Part shown: in pieces, positions 9,756 through 19,712 of the stretch
How the letters are laid out: each line of letters starts with the position of its first letter
How positions within the stretch are numbered: the first letter of the stretch is position 1
Assembly (NCBI GenBank): GCA_963668025.2
Contig: CAXXTH010000003.1
Location: 1 to 64,000 of the forward strand
DNA length: 64,000 bases
Direction of reading: 5' to 3'
Origin: Candidatus Hydrogenedentota bacterium
Lineage (GTDB): Bacteria; Hydrogenedentota; Hydrogenedentia; Hydrogenedentales; SLHB01
Translations under genes and position numbers: made by a program
Notes under the pieces: model-generated
The model's database searches: none
The model's input: the letters and a program-made list of their open reading frames with translations, nothing else
Told to the model about the DNA's origin: nothing

Positions 9756-10823
9756 TTAGCGCCGCCCATCCATCACCAGCATGACCTTGCAGAAATGCTC
9801 GGCCTTGTCCCGCATGATCCGCACCGCTTCATTCGCCTCATCCAGCGCGAAGCGGTGTGAAATAATCGGCTCCACCACGATCTTCTCCGCGCTCAAGGCT
9901 TGCGCGGCCACTTCCCAGTCATTCGCGGGAAACGAGTACGAATCAAATCCCCAATTCCCATATAAGGTCTGCTCTTTACGCATCAGGCCGGTCAACACAT
10001 CTTCCGGCATCGTCCACGCGCCGTCGATCCGGCCCACGAACGAGATGCGCCCCCTGCGGCGCACGCACCGGAACGCCTCCGCCGTGCTAATGGGCGACCC
10101 CGCCGCCTCGACAGCCAGATCCGCGCCGCGCCCGCTTGTCAGTTCCATGACCTTTTCGACGGCCTTCTCCGAAGAAGCGTCGATGATCGTATCCGCGCCG
10201 CATGCCCGGGCCGATTCGAGCGCCCGTTCGCGGATGTCCACTTGGATAACCCGTCCCGCACCCAACAAGCGCGCCCATTGCGCCGCAAACAGCCCAATGC
10301 CTCCCGCGCCGAACACCACCACCGTATCACCCGGCTCCACGCCTGGACGCCGCATACAGTGCAGGCCCACGGCCATCGGCTCGAGCAGCGCCGCCGCTTC
10401 ACCTGATACGTTTTCACCCAGGAAAACCAGGTTCGATGCGGGCGCAAGCACATATTCTGCGAAACCGCCGTCGCTCCTCGAACCTAAAAAATCGTAGGAA
10501 GCGCAGTGGAAGGGGAGGCCCGTGCGGCACATCTCGCACACGCCGCAGCCGATAAGGGGAATCACGGCCGACCGGCGTCCCAAGTATTTCGCATCAACGC
10601 CGGGTCCGGCTTCAACCACTCGCCCCGCGAATTCATGGCCGGGAATGGTGGGGAAGTGATACGTTCCCGTGACGCAGATGCGGGGAATATCGGAACCGCA
10701 TACCCCGCAAGCTTCCACTTCCAACAACACTTGGCCTGTCCCGGGAGAGGGTTTCGCCACCGTCTCGACACGTAAATCACCAGGGGCATGCAATTGTGCG
10801 GCTTTCATCATTTGTGGGTCCAT
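9756..10823 (-). CDS. Zn-dependent dehydrogenase, galactitol-1-phosphate 5-dehydrogenase-like
   Basis: CGSDIPR, PGHEFAG, CGVCEMC...C, YDFLGSRSDGGFAEY, GAGGIG. Confidence 0.85.
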   Translation of the reverse strand: MDPQMMKAAQLHAPGDLRVETVAKPSPGTGQVLLEVEACGVCGSDIPRICVTGTYHFPTIPGHEFAGRVVEAGPGVDAKYLGRRSAVIPLIGCGVCEMCRTGLPFHCASYDFLGSRSDGGFAEYVLAPASNLVFLGENVSGEAAALLEPMAVGLHCMRRPGVEPGDTVVVFGAGGIGLFAAQWARLLGAGRVIQVDIRERALESARACGADTIIDASSEKAVEKVMELTSGRGADLAVEAAGSPISTAEAFRCVRRRGRISFVGRIDGAWTMPEDVLTGLMRKEQTLYGNWGFDSYSFPANDWEVAAQALSAEKIVVEPIISHRFALDEANEAVRIMRDKAEHFCKVMLVMDGRR

Positions 10824-10855
10824 TATCCAAGATCCTGCGCTTTTAAAAGGTTAAA

Positions 10856-10955
10856 CAAACATAATCAGACATTTATTCGCATGCATATCCATTATATTAG
10901 GAGATCAACTCCTCATAATGTCTATTATTATACCAAATCAAACATAATCAGTCAA
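10856..10955 (-). promoter_or_regulatory. Sigma70 promoter of the polyol operon with two operator-like direct repeats
   Basis: TTGACT(10955-10950)-17 bp-TATAAT(10932-10927). Exact 13-bp repeat CAAACATAATCAG at 10856 and 10939. Confidence 0.75.
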
Positions 10956-11122
10956 TCCGAAGGGCCCGCTTTTCTTTTATCTAGGGAGAAGAATCCGACT
11001 TGACTTTGCTACCTCGAATTTCCTACATTAATGTGCAATTCGGGCAAATCAAAAACATGACGGTGCAAATATCAGGAACGGTGCATCCTGTTGTATTGCC
11101 TCGCTCTACTGGAACTAAATAT

Positions 11123-12691
11123 ATGCGCGATTCTCATAATGGCGGCAGTGTGCATTCTGATGTCGGTGAGCTGTCTCTCCTTTTTGATATCAGCCAAATT
11201 CTTGAACGCAGCATGGACTTGCGCAATTCGGTGGGTCCGGTTCTGGCCTCGATAGCCAAACATACCGGCATGGTGCGCGGCACCTTAACACTCTTGAATC
11301 GCCATACCGGCGATTTGTATATCGAAGCGGCCCATGGGTTGTCGACAAACCAGCAAGAGCGGGGCCGTTACCGAAAAGGCGAGGGCATTATCGGGAGCGT
11401 AGTCGAGACCGGGCAGCCCATGGTGATTCCGCGCATTTCGGAAGAACCGCGTTTCCTGGATCGCACGGGTGCGCGCGCGGGGCTTTCCAAAGAGGATATC
11501 TCGTTTATCTGCGTGCCCATCAAAATGGGAAATGAAACGATTGGCGCCCTCAGCGTGGACCATTTATTCGCCGATTCGATTCATCTAGATGAAGATCTGC
11601 GGCTGCTTTCCATTATCGCGAGCATGCTCGCTCAAGCGGTGAAATTGCGCCAGGAAGCCATGGAAGAGCGCCAGCAGCTCCTCGAGGAAAACCGCCAGCT
11701 TCATCAAAAGCTAAAGGAGCGTTTCCGTCCCGCGAACATCATCGGCAATTCAAACGCGATGCAGGAAGTTTTTGATCTTATCGCCCAAGTCGCCCATAGC
11801 GAGAGCACCGTGCTCATACGCGGCGAAAGCGGCGTAGGCAAGGAATTGGTCGCCCAAGCCATCCATTACAATTCGTGGCGCTCCACCAAACCCTTCATCA
11901 AGGTCAATTGCGCGGCGCTGCCCGAGACTGTCATCGAGAGCGAGTTGTTTGGCCACGAAAAAGGGGCGTTCACCGGCGCCATCATGCAGCGCAAAGGCCG
12001 CTTCGAGCTGGCCGACGGTGGAAGCATTTTCCTGGATGAGATCGGCGACTTGTCTCCCATGATGCAAGTGCGCTTGCTGCGGGTGCTGCAAGAACGGGAA
12101 TTCGAGCGCGTCGGCGGCACGGAAACCATCAAGGTGAATGTGCGCGTGATTGCCGCCACCAACCGCAATCTCGAAGAAATGATGCAATCAAGCCAATTCC
12201 GGCAAGACCTTTATTACCGCCTGAATGTTTTTCCCATCCACATACCGCCGTTGCGCGAACGCCGGGCGGACATACTCGACTTAGCGAATAATTTTGTCGA
12301 AAAATATAGCGAACTGAATCATAAACAGATTCGCCGCATATCGACGCCGGCCATCGACATGCTATCCTGCTATCATTGGCCGGGCAATGTGCGCGAACTC
12401 GAAAATTGCATCGAACGGGCGGTATTGCTGAGCGACGACGATGTGCTGCATGGCCACCATCTCCCGCCGACGCTCCAGACCGCCGAAGCGACGGATACGC
12501 GCATCAAGGAAACGCTCGAATCCAAGCTCGACCGGGTCGAACGGGAGATGATCATTGAAGCGCTGAAAGACGCCCGGGGCAATAAGGCCAAAGCCGCCAA
12601 GGAACTCGGCATCACCGAGCGGATCATGGGGTTGCGCGTGCAAAAACACGCCATCGAGCCGCGCATGTACCGTTCTTCGCGCTCAGCTTGA
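11123..12691 (+). CDS. NifA-subfamily sigma54-dependent activator (GAF-AAA+-HTH)
   Basis: GAF domain, [39 protein letters not shown], Fis-type HTH. Start uncertain (11000-11123). Confidence 0.9.
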   Translation: MRDSHNGGSVHSDVGELSLLFDISQILERSMDLRNSVGPVLASIAKHTGMVRGTLTLLNRHTGDLYIEAAHGLSTNQQERGRYRKGEGIIGSVVETGQPMVIPRISEEPRFLDRTGARAGLSKEDISFICVPIKMGNETIGALSVDHLFADSIHLDEDLRLLSIIASMLAQAVKLRQEAMEERQQLLEENRQLHQKLKERFRPANIIGNSNAMQEVFDLIAQVAHSESTVLIRGESGVGKELVAQAIHYNSWRSTKPFIKVNCAALPETVIESELFGHEKGAFTGAIMQRKGRFELADGGSIFLDEIGDLSPMMQVRLLRVLQEREFERVGGTETIKVNVRVIAATNRNLEEMMQSSQFRQDLYYRLNVFPIHIPPLRERRADILDLANNFVEKYSELNHKQIRRISTPAIDMLSCYHWPGNVRELENCIERAVLLSDDDVLHGHHLPPTLQTAEATDTRIKETLESKLDRVEREMIIEALKDARGNKAKAAKELGITERIMGLRVQKHAIEPRMYRSSRSA

Positions 12692-12708
12692 TCAAATGGG
12701 ACTACAGG

Positions 12709-12957
12709 TCAGAACCAGCCCTTTTTATCCGCTACGTAGGTGTTGTAAAATTCCTCGTCGGATTTGACGAGATAGATGATGCCCTCGACTAGGCCGATAA
12801 CATGCATAACAGGATATGCAAAGCCGCAACTCACCACCGTAATCGCCAGCATGATGATGCCTTCCGTGGTATAACCGAGGATAAACTTGTGTATTCCCAG
12901 AAAACCCAGTAAAATACCACACACGCCCGCCGCGACTTTCTTCCCACTTACGTCCAT
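12709..12957 (-). CDS. TM2 domain membrane protein
   Basis: KKVAAGVCGILLGFLGIHKFILG...EGIIYL..SDEEF; GGAGG RBS. Confidence 0.9.
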   Translation of the reverse strand: MDVSGKKVAAGVCGILLGFLGIHKFILGYTTEGIIMLAITVVSCGFAYPVMHVIGLVEGIIYLVKSDEEFYNTYVADKKGWF

Positions 12958-13088
12958 GCTACTACCTCCCATCGATTTTTGACCCTGTCCCGCGTTGATT
13001 GTACCGGAGTGCAATCGATTTCACAATAGAACGTGTTTTCGCAAGCCATAACAGGGAAATGACTTTAGCATGGCTCAAATAGAACAAG

Positions 13089-13175
13089 AAAGCGGTAGCA
13101 AGCTACCGCACTCCACATGCGCTCTAAGTGTTTTATTGTCCAAAAGTATGGAGTGCGGCAGCTTGCTGCCGCTTT
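13089..13175. repeat. Inverted pair of REP-like palindromes
   Basis: AAAGCGGTAGCAAGCTACCGCACTCCA and its near reverse complement TGGAGTGCGGCAGCTTGCTGCCGCTTT. Confidence 0.75.
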
Positions 13176-13369
13176 GGGCGTGCGGATTTCGCCTGGATAC
13201 CATTTTTCGGTTGATGGCGGCGTCTATAGGCCCATTAAATATTAAAGAAATGGCCAGGATCGAACAGTATTCAGTCTTCACAAACGCACGATTGAACGCC
13301 GAATCGTGATCAGAAGTGGATTTGAAAGTAGCTGCCCTTTGTCCCGCATTCGCTGTTCAATTTTAAGCG

Positions 13370-13423
13370 TTGACAATTCAATGATAATCGTTGTATAATG
13401 CGTCACAATTCAACGATAATCGT
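13370..13423 (+). promoter_or_regulatory. Sigma70 promoter overlapped by tandem 19-bp operator repeats
   Basis: TTGACA(13370)-18 bp-TATAAT(13394); ACAATTCAAYGATAATCGT at 13373 and 13405. Confidence 0.75.
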
Positions 13424-13462
13424 GTATGATCAAACCATAAGGCATGGAAAGGAGCGCCTGAG

Positions 13463-13969
13463 ATGACTGAGCAAGCCAAGAATAGCCGCCGGGGATTGCG
13501 GTCGCTGTGTCGTGTAGGAGCAATAGCGGGATGGGCGCTCATCGCCTGTTTCCCGTTGGGAGTCTGTAGGTTTCTCACTGTCCACCCCATGAGTAAGGCA
13601 TATGTCTTCCATAATTGCTATCTGGCGACTAAAGAGTACATTCTAGCCGGCTTCCTTGTGCTGGGCGCGGTACAGTTTGTCCGATACCTGAGCGATCTAG
13701 ACCACGAACCGCAGAAGCTCCTCCGCAGCTTTCACCTTGTTCTCTTCGCATTAGCTGTTGGCGTTCTGATCCTTGAGGTAGTCTACGCGGGAATAATGTC
13801 CAGCACGTTACTTCGTTCTGATGTCTCGGTTCTGAGAATCTCTTTAGGCTCTATTGCCTTCCTGTTACAGCTCCTCCCTGGCTTAGCCCAGGCGCTGATC
13901 TTAGCGGGGACGGGCCTGGCGATCCGGCTGGCGTTGCCGATCATAGCCGAATCAAAGACACTGGCGTAG
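13463..13969 (+). CDS. Membrane protein, DUF2975-like
   Basis: About four hydrophobic segments, C-terminal ESKTLA, directly upstream of a YozG-like HTH gene (the typical pairing). Confidence 0.6.
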   Translation: MTEQAKNSRRGLRSLCRVGAIAGWALIACFPLGVCRFLTVHPMSKAYVFHNCYLATKEYILAGFLVLGAVQFVRYLSDLDHEPQKLLRSFHLVLFALAVGVLILEVVYAGIMSSTLLRSDVSVLRISLGSIAFLLQLLPGLAQALILAGTGLAIRLALPIIAESKTLA

Positions 13970-13981
13970 GAGACAACCATC

Positions 13982-14212
13982 ATGATCAGGATCAGGCTGG
14001 ACTACCTGCTACTTGACCGGCAGATGAAGTTGATTGATGTGGCGGAGAAGACGGGGCTAGCCCTCAACAATCTTTCCATTCTCAAAACAAACAAGGCGCG
14101 TGCGATCCGCTTCAGCACACTAGACGCCGTATGCAAGGCACTAGATTGCACTCCCGGCGATCTGCTTGAATATGTGCCAGACGAGGACGATGCCGTACAG
14201 GATCTGACATAG
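13982..14212 (+). CDS. Cro/C1-type (YozG-like) HTH transcriptional regulator
   Basis: NLSILKTNKARAIRFSTLDAVCKALDCTPGDLLEY. Confidence 0.93.
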   Translation: MIRIRLDYLLLDRQMKLIDVAEKTGLALNNLSILKTNKARAIRFSTLDAVCKALDCTPGDLLEYVPDEDDAVQDLT

Positions 14213-14399
14213 TGTACCTATTTCGGGCCCGGCCATTTCTCAGGGGAGAATCCCCTCCATCAGGTTTCTGTGGGGGAAAGGACCCGATTTGCGGCGGCTA
14301 TGCGCCGCCTGGTATTACGTAAGAAGACTCCAGGAAATGGGGCGCCATGATGCGCGCCCGACAAGGGGAAGAGCCTTGGAAAAACCGCTGTACAAGTGC

Positions 14400-14774
14400 A
14401 TGACCAAGGCGACTACCGCCGAAGGTGAAGATCTCCGCCATTCCTTCAACTGGATGATGGCCCGCCGGGGATTTCTCAAAGTGATGCCAGATGCCTTGGT
14501 GTGCGGCGACTGGCGCATACTGTATGAGGAGATCGACGAGGCGGTATTGTTCCACGTCAAAGCCATCCTATTGCCGGGGTTCGTACTCCGCGTCCGGACA
14601 AAGGGAAAGACATACCAGTTCGGCCTGAACTGGGGGTCATTCTGGAAAAAGGAACTGCCCTTTCCCGTGGCGAGGGAAACGGCAAAACTGACATACTCAA
14701 GATTCAGCATTGCCATCCGCCTAATCCTCCTTGCGTACATCATCTATTTTATGTGGGAACATTTCATCGCGTGA
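14400..14774 (+). CDS. Hypothetical protein with C-terminal TM helix
   Basis: Open frame with plausible composition; start uncertain. Confidence 0.55.
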   Translation: MTKATTAEGEDLRHSFNWMMARRGFLKVMPDALVCGDWRILYEEIDEAVLFHVKAILLPGFVLRVRTKGKTYQFGLNWGSFWKKELPFPVARETAKLTYSRFSIAIRLILLAYIIYFMWEHFIA

Positions 14775-14811
14775 TCCACAGAAGGCCTTTGAATTTAAAA
14801 GAAATGTGCTA

Positions 14812-15261
14812 CTAGAAGCGTTTTTCGGTATCGAGCATCAAGGTGACGGGGCCGTTATTCACCAAGCTGGCCTCCATGTGAGCACCGAACTCGCCGGTCT
14901 CGACAGTAAGCCCTATGCTTCGCAATCGCATAATAAATGCTTCATAGAGAGGAATGGCCTTCTCCGGCGGAGCCGCGTCCGTAAACGAAGGTCGTTTGCC
15001 TTTACGGCAATCGCCGAACAGCGTGAACTGGGAAATGGCCAGGATGGAGCCGCCTACATCCTGGACCGACAAGTTGAATTTGCTCGCGGCATCGGCGAAG
15101 CAGCGCAGCCCGGCGATTTTATCCGCAAGAAATTCCGCGTCTTTTTCCGAGTCATTCTGGCCTATGCCAAGCAACACAAGCAATCCTGGCCCAATACGGC
15201 CAATCACCACACCATCAACGGCCACGGACGCCTCCGAAACACGCTGGACTACTGCTCTCAT
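14812..15261 (-). CDS. dtd: D-aminoacyl-tRNA deacylase
   Basis: [30 protein letters not shown]. Confidence 0.97.
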   Translation of the reverse strand: MRAVVQRVSEASVAVDGVVIGRIGPGLLVLLGIGQNDSEKDAEFLADKIAGLRCFADAASKFNLSVQDVGGSILAISQFTLFGDCRKGKRPSFTDAAPPEKAIPLYEAFIMRLRSIGLTVETGEFGAHMEASLVNNGPVTLMLDTEKRF

Positions 15262-15478
15262 GCGAATAAACCTCTGTATTCCGTTGAAAAAAGGATTATT
15301 TCACTTGAAGGTGCGGATATTCAAAATGCGATGATGCCGTGCCATATGATGTGAATTCGGTGATGGCGTAAAATGGCGTATGAAGGCGTGTGATGATAAA
15401 ATACCCCCGCCATGTTTACGCTTCATATGCTTTTCTTAACGCCTGGCGAGCCTCTTGCGATAATGGAGAATAGCACGT

Positions 15479-16660
15479 GTGAATGAGCATCGCCTCAAGG
15501 AAGATTTGGCTTTCCTCGCGGGAACGCTTTCCCATCGGGGAGCCAATACACATAACGAACGCAAAGCCGCGGAATATGTGGCAAGCCGCCTTGAAGCCTA
15601 TTGCCCGGAAGCCCATTTGGATGAATTCTATTCCATCGAGAGCGTGTGGCCGCTCCTCGCGGCTTTCTATGGCGAATTCCTCTTTGTCGCGCTTCTCACT
15701 CATTGGATGCCTCTCGTCGCATTGGTCTATGGCGCGGTGGTTTTCTGCCTCTACTTAGCCGAGCTTACGGGATACCGGACGGTTTCGAGGTTGCTGCCCC
15801 AGTACGAGACGCAGAACGCCGTAGCCCGTTTTTTAGCCATGCGCCCACGAGGCGCGCTTGTCGTGAGCGCCCATTATGATTCGCCGAAAGATATCCCCCT
15901 TACACGGCACGGCAAGCATACGGCGGTGCGCTGGATCAACCTTATTTTAGTGCTTTGTATGTTCGCCGTGCTCGTGAGCTGCATGATGGACACAGCCGGT
16001 TTGCATGGAAATGGGGCAGTCCGTATTGATTGGGCGCTTCGCTGGTCCGCCGCCGGCGTGCTCGGCATCGCATCACTCCTAGCGCTGTATAATGGCAGCC
16101 GCACGGAGCCCGCGTGTGGAGCCAATGATAATGCGTCCGGCGTGGCGTTGTTGCTGGGATTGGCGGAGCGCTTGCAGGAATCTCCTATTGAAAATGCCGA
16201 TGTCTGGCTCGTGGCGACAGGCAGCCATAGCTCATGGCTCAATGGGATGCGCTTTTTTATGGCCGATAACGAATTTGATCGGGAGAACAGCTATTTTATA
16301 AACGTAGATTCCGTGGGCGATGGTGGGCTTCGCTTCACTACCGGTGAAGGCCTGTTGCATTTCTTCCGTAGCGCACCGGAATTGCTGGATATCGCCGAGC
16401 GAATCGCGCCGCAATATCATGCGCGGCCTATCCGCCTGCGGGAATGGCCCACCGACGCCCTCATTCCTCTGGGCCGTGGATTCAAAACAATAGGCATCAC
16501 CGCCGAGCCGGAGACAACCCAAGTATCCTCGGAGTCCAGCCGCCAGGAAGGGCCTTGGAATGTGAATATTGACACATTGCGCCAGGCAGGCGCGTATGTG
16601 GAAGCCATCATGCGGGAAACGGCGGCGCGCTTGCCCGAAAATCCTGGCCAAGCGCCGTGA
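15479..16660 (+). CDS. Membrane-anchored M28 peptidase-like protein with degenerate active site
   Basis: SAHYDS, GANDNASGVA and NVDSVG present; the expected EE motif reads GSHSS. Confidence 0.8.
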   Translation: MNEHRLKEDLAFLAGTLSHRGANTHNERKAAEYVASRLEAYCPEAHLDEFYSIESVWPLLAAFYGEFLFVALLTHWMPLVALVYGAVVFCLYLAELTGYRTVSRLLPQYETQNAVARFLAMRPRGALVVSAHYDSPKDIPLTRHGKHTAVRWINLILVLCMFAVLVSCMMDTAGLHGNGAVRIDWALRWSAAGVLGIASLLALYNGSRTEPACGANDNASGVALLLGLAERLQESPIENADVWLVATGSHSSWLNGMRFFMADNEFDRENSYFINVDSVGDGGLRFTTGEGLLHFFRSAPELLDIAERIAPQYHARPIRLREWPTDALIPLGRGFKTIGITAEPETTQVSSESSRQEGPWNVNIDTLRQAGAYVEAIMRETAARLPENPGQAP

Positions 16661-16754
16661 GCGCGGGAACAAACAGGCTGCGCCATTGCGTTGCATGCAT
16701 ACGCGCGGTCCTGATACCCTTCAGGCTTGTGATAAACCGAAACAGGAGACAACA

Positions 16755-18122
16755 ATGAGTATCAACCCGCAGATTTTCCGCGAGTATGACATCCGCGGCG
16801 TCACCGGCCCGGACCTGAATGAAGCAGTCTATGAGACCCTTGGCCGCGCCATTCCCGCCTATATGCGGGGCAAGCTGAAAGAGAAGCGCCTCGTCGTGGG
16901 ACGCGATGGCCGCCTGACCTCGAAGGCTTTCTCGAACGCGCTGATCGATGGCCTCACGGCTTCCGGCGTGCATGTCATTGATATCGGTGAAGTCCCGACG
17001 CCAGTCCTCTATTTCGGCCTGTTCACGCTGCCCGTGGACGGCGGAGTGATGATCACGGCGAGCCACAATCCGAAAGAGTACAACGGCATGAAGGTCGCCG
17101 TGGGCACGGCGACTATTCATGGCGAGCAGATCCAGAAGCTGCGCGCCGTGGCCGAGGCGGGCAAATTCCCGGAAGCCAAAGGCCCCATCACCATCACCCG
17201 CATGGACATCCGCCAAAAATACGTGAACCGCATCTTGCGCGATGTGAAGCTCGAGCGCCCCCTCAAGGTGGTCGTTGATGCGGGCAACGGCCCCGGCGGC
17301 GTCGTGGGCGTGCCGCTCTACGAGCAATTAGGTTGTGAAGTCATCCCGCTGTATTGCGATGTGGACGGCACATTCCCGAATCATCATCCGGACCCCACCG
17401 TGCCCGAGAACCTCAAGAAACTCATTTCGGTCGTCAAGAAACAAAAGGCCGATCTCGGTATTGCCTTCGATGGCGACGTGGACCGCATCGGCATCGTGGA
17501 CGAACAAGGCGGCATCATTTTCGGCGACAAGCTCCTCATCCTCTTCGCGCGTTCGATCTTGAAGGACAAGCCAGGCGCCACCATTATATCGGAAGTGAAA
17601 GGTTCTCGCACGCTGTATGAGGATATAGCGAAGCACGGCGGCAATCCCATCATGTGGAAGACCGGCCATTCGCTCATCAAGGCGGCCATGAAGGAATTCC
17701 ATGCGCAAGTGGCGGGCGAAATGAGCGGGCATATGTTCTTCAAACACCGCTGGTACGGTTTCGACGACGCTATCTACGCCGGTGCGCGCCTGCTCGAACT
17801 GCTCGCCAGCGAGAAAAAGACACTTAGCGCCCATCTCGCCGACGTGCCGGAAATGTTCTCGACGCCCGAAGTGCGCATCGAGACCAAAGAGGCCATCAAA
17901 TTTAAAATCGTCGAAGAGGCCACCAAGTATTTCCAAAAAGAATTGGGCCTCAACGTGAACACCATCGACGGCGCACGCGTCGAGTTCGAAGATGGCTGGG
18001 GCCTCATTCGCGCCTCGAACACCGCGCCCGCCCTCGTCATGCGCTTCGAGGCTGTGTCCAAAAAACGCCTCAACGAGATTAAGAAGCTCATCGAAGGCAA
18101 AGTGAATGAGTTGAATCAATAA
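16755..18122 (+). CDS. Phosphomannomutase/phosphoglucomutase
   Basis: FREYDIRG, TASHNP, FDGDVDR, GEMSGH, RASNT; AGGAG RBS. Confidence 0.96.
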   Translation: MSINPQIFREYDIRGVTGPDLNEAVYETLGRAIPAYMRGKLKEKRLVVGRDGRLTSKAFSNALIDGLTASGVHVIDIGEVPTPVLYFGLFTLPVDGGVMITASHNPKEYNGMKVAVGTATIHGEQIQKLRAVAEAGKFPEAKGPITITRMDIRQKYVNRILRDVKLERPLKVVVDAGNGPGGVVGVPLYEQLGCEVIPLYCDVDGTFPNHHPDPTVPENLKKLISVVKKQKADLGIAFDGDVDRIGIVDEQGGIIFGDKLLILFARSILKDKPGATIISEVKGSRTLYEDIAKHGGNPIMWKTGHSLIKAAMKEFHAQVAGEMSGHMFFKHRWYGFDDAIYAGARLLELLASEKKTLSAHLADVPEMFSTPEVRIETKEAIKFKIVEEATKYFQKELGLNVNTIDGARVEFEDGWGLIRASNTAPALVMRFEAVSKKRLNEIKKLIEGKVNELNQ

Positions 18123-18136
18123 ACCGCATATAAGCC

Positions 18137-18174
18137 ACTTTGGGTGGAAATCCGTCTGGATTTCCACCCAAAGT
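18137..18174. terminator. Perfect 17-bp hairpin (terminator or REP-like)
   Basis: ACTTTGGGTGGAAATCC-gtct-GGATTTCCACCCAAAGT, just after the PMM stop codon. Confidence 0.6.
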
Positions 18175-18192
18175 ATTCAGAGGAGCCCTATC

Positions 18193-19704
18193 GTGTATTG
18201 GAGAAGCTTCATTGTATGCACCGCCGTATTGCTGGCAGGCTGTCCCGCATCACAAGACCTGCCAGATGCTTCCGCCACTCGGAAAGCCATGCAGGCGATT
18301 ATTGAGCATCTCGACTCCTCCGCATATGCTTCCTCGGTGGATTGGGGCGGGCATGTGGTCCTCCTCTACCAACTCGTTTCCGGGCGCGAACCCACGGCCC
18401 TTGAATTCGCCAATCTGTCACGCTTGCGCGCCGAAGCAGGCCTTACGCGAAGCCATGCCCTTGCACTACTGCTGGCCGATGGAAACACCGCGCCAAACTG
18501 GAAACAATGCGCCGATTTTACGGCCCGTGTCACGCCAAACGATTTTCAATGGAGCAGCGCCATACAGGAGACGGCGTTACGTTTAGCCTCTGTTTCCAGT
18601 GATAATCTGGCTGATGAGGCTTGGGAGGACTCGAACGACGCCAAGTTTGCTTCCTCGGCAGATGAATCCGATACCGTGGACGCCAGCACCCAGAATGCCG
18701 TGTATAACACCTATTTCGGGTATCTCCACGCCCATTCCGAATTGTCCGACGGCAAAGGCACGCCCCTCGAGGCCTACACCACCGCCCGCGCCAACGGCCT
18801 CGATTTCTTCTCCTTGACGGACCACGGCGAGCTCATGCTGTTCTGGCCTTGGGATGACAAATGGGAGCAGCTCAAAGCCGCCGCCGAGGAAACCTACGAG
18901 CCGGGCGCGTATGTGACGCTCTGGGGTTTCGAATGGAGCAGCCCGATCTTCGGCCATCTCACGATCATCAACTCGAACGACTACACCAATGCCGTATCGA
19001 CTCTTCGCATGGCCGCCATCTATGATTGGCTCGCCGAACGGCCCGAGGCCTTTGGGCGGTTCAACCACCCCGGCGAACTTGATTTTCTGCATATCAGTTT
19101 CCTGCATTTTCTGCCGTATTCCCGAGCATTCAAACAGATGATGGGCGTCGAACTCCTCAACAGCAACCATGGCTTCGACCATTTTTATTACACCGAAACC
19201 TGGGGCGTGCAGCAAAGCTATCTCGACGCCGCCAACAGGCTTGGCTGGCGTCTCGCGCCGGTCAGCGGACAAGACAACCACAACCGGCAATGGGGCAGCC
19301 AAAACCAATTCCGCACCGGCGTCCTCGCCACGGCCCTCACCCGCGAAGCCATCCTCGAAGCCCACCGCCAGCGCCGCATCTACGCCACGGAAGACCAAAA
19401 CCTCCACCTCGACTTCCGTTGCAACGGCTACCCCATGGGCAGCCGCCTGGCGTTTGAATCCCGCATGTTCACCGTGGACATCTCGGACGGCAACGGTGAC
19501 GCCTTCACGGAAGCCCGCCTATACCGGAACGGCGAACTCCTCGAAACTTTTCCGGTAAGCGGCGCAACCGTACATGTGGAATTCGAGGACCTCACCCGCC
19601 ACGGCGTGGATTACTATTATGTGATGGTTCAGCAAGCCGACGATAATGACAGCAACGGGAGAAACGACGAAGCCATCTCCGCGCCTATATGGATTGCGGG
19701 ATGA
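18193..19704 (+). CDS. PHP-domain (CehA/McbA-like) metallohydrolase lipoprotein
   Basis: Lipobox LLAGC; GYLHAHSELSDG, LTDH, GFEW, GH, FNHP, QDNH motifs. Confidence 0.85.
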   Translation: MYWRSFIVCTAVLLAGCPASQDLPDASATRKAMQAIIEHLDSSAYASSVDWGGHVVLLYQLVSGREPTALEFANLSRLRAEAGLTRSHALALLLADGNTAPNWKQCADFTARVTPNDFQWSSAIQETALRLASVSSDNLADEAWEDSNDAKFASSADESDTVDASTQNAVYNTYFGYLHAHSELSDGKGTPLEAYTTARANGLDFFSLTDHGELMLFWPWDDKWEQLKAAAEETYEPGAYVTLWGFEWSSPIFGHLTIINSNDYTNAVSTLRMAAIYDWLAERPEAFGRFNHPGELDFLHISFLHFLPYSRAFKQMMGVELLNSNHGFDHFYYTETWGVQQSYLDAANRLGWRLAPVSGQDNHNRQWGSQNQFRTGVLATALTREAILEAHRQRRIYATEDQNLHLDFRCNGYPMGSRLAFESRMFTVDISDGNGDAFTEARLYRNGELLETFPVSGATVHVEFEDLTRHGVDYYYVMVQQADDNDSNGRNDEAISAPIWIAG

Positions 19705-19712
19705 GCTTTTTT

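Noticed and set aside
15360-15431. ATGGCGTA-like short repeats and an imperfect IR between dtd and the M28 gene
   Set aside because: Too degenerate to call.
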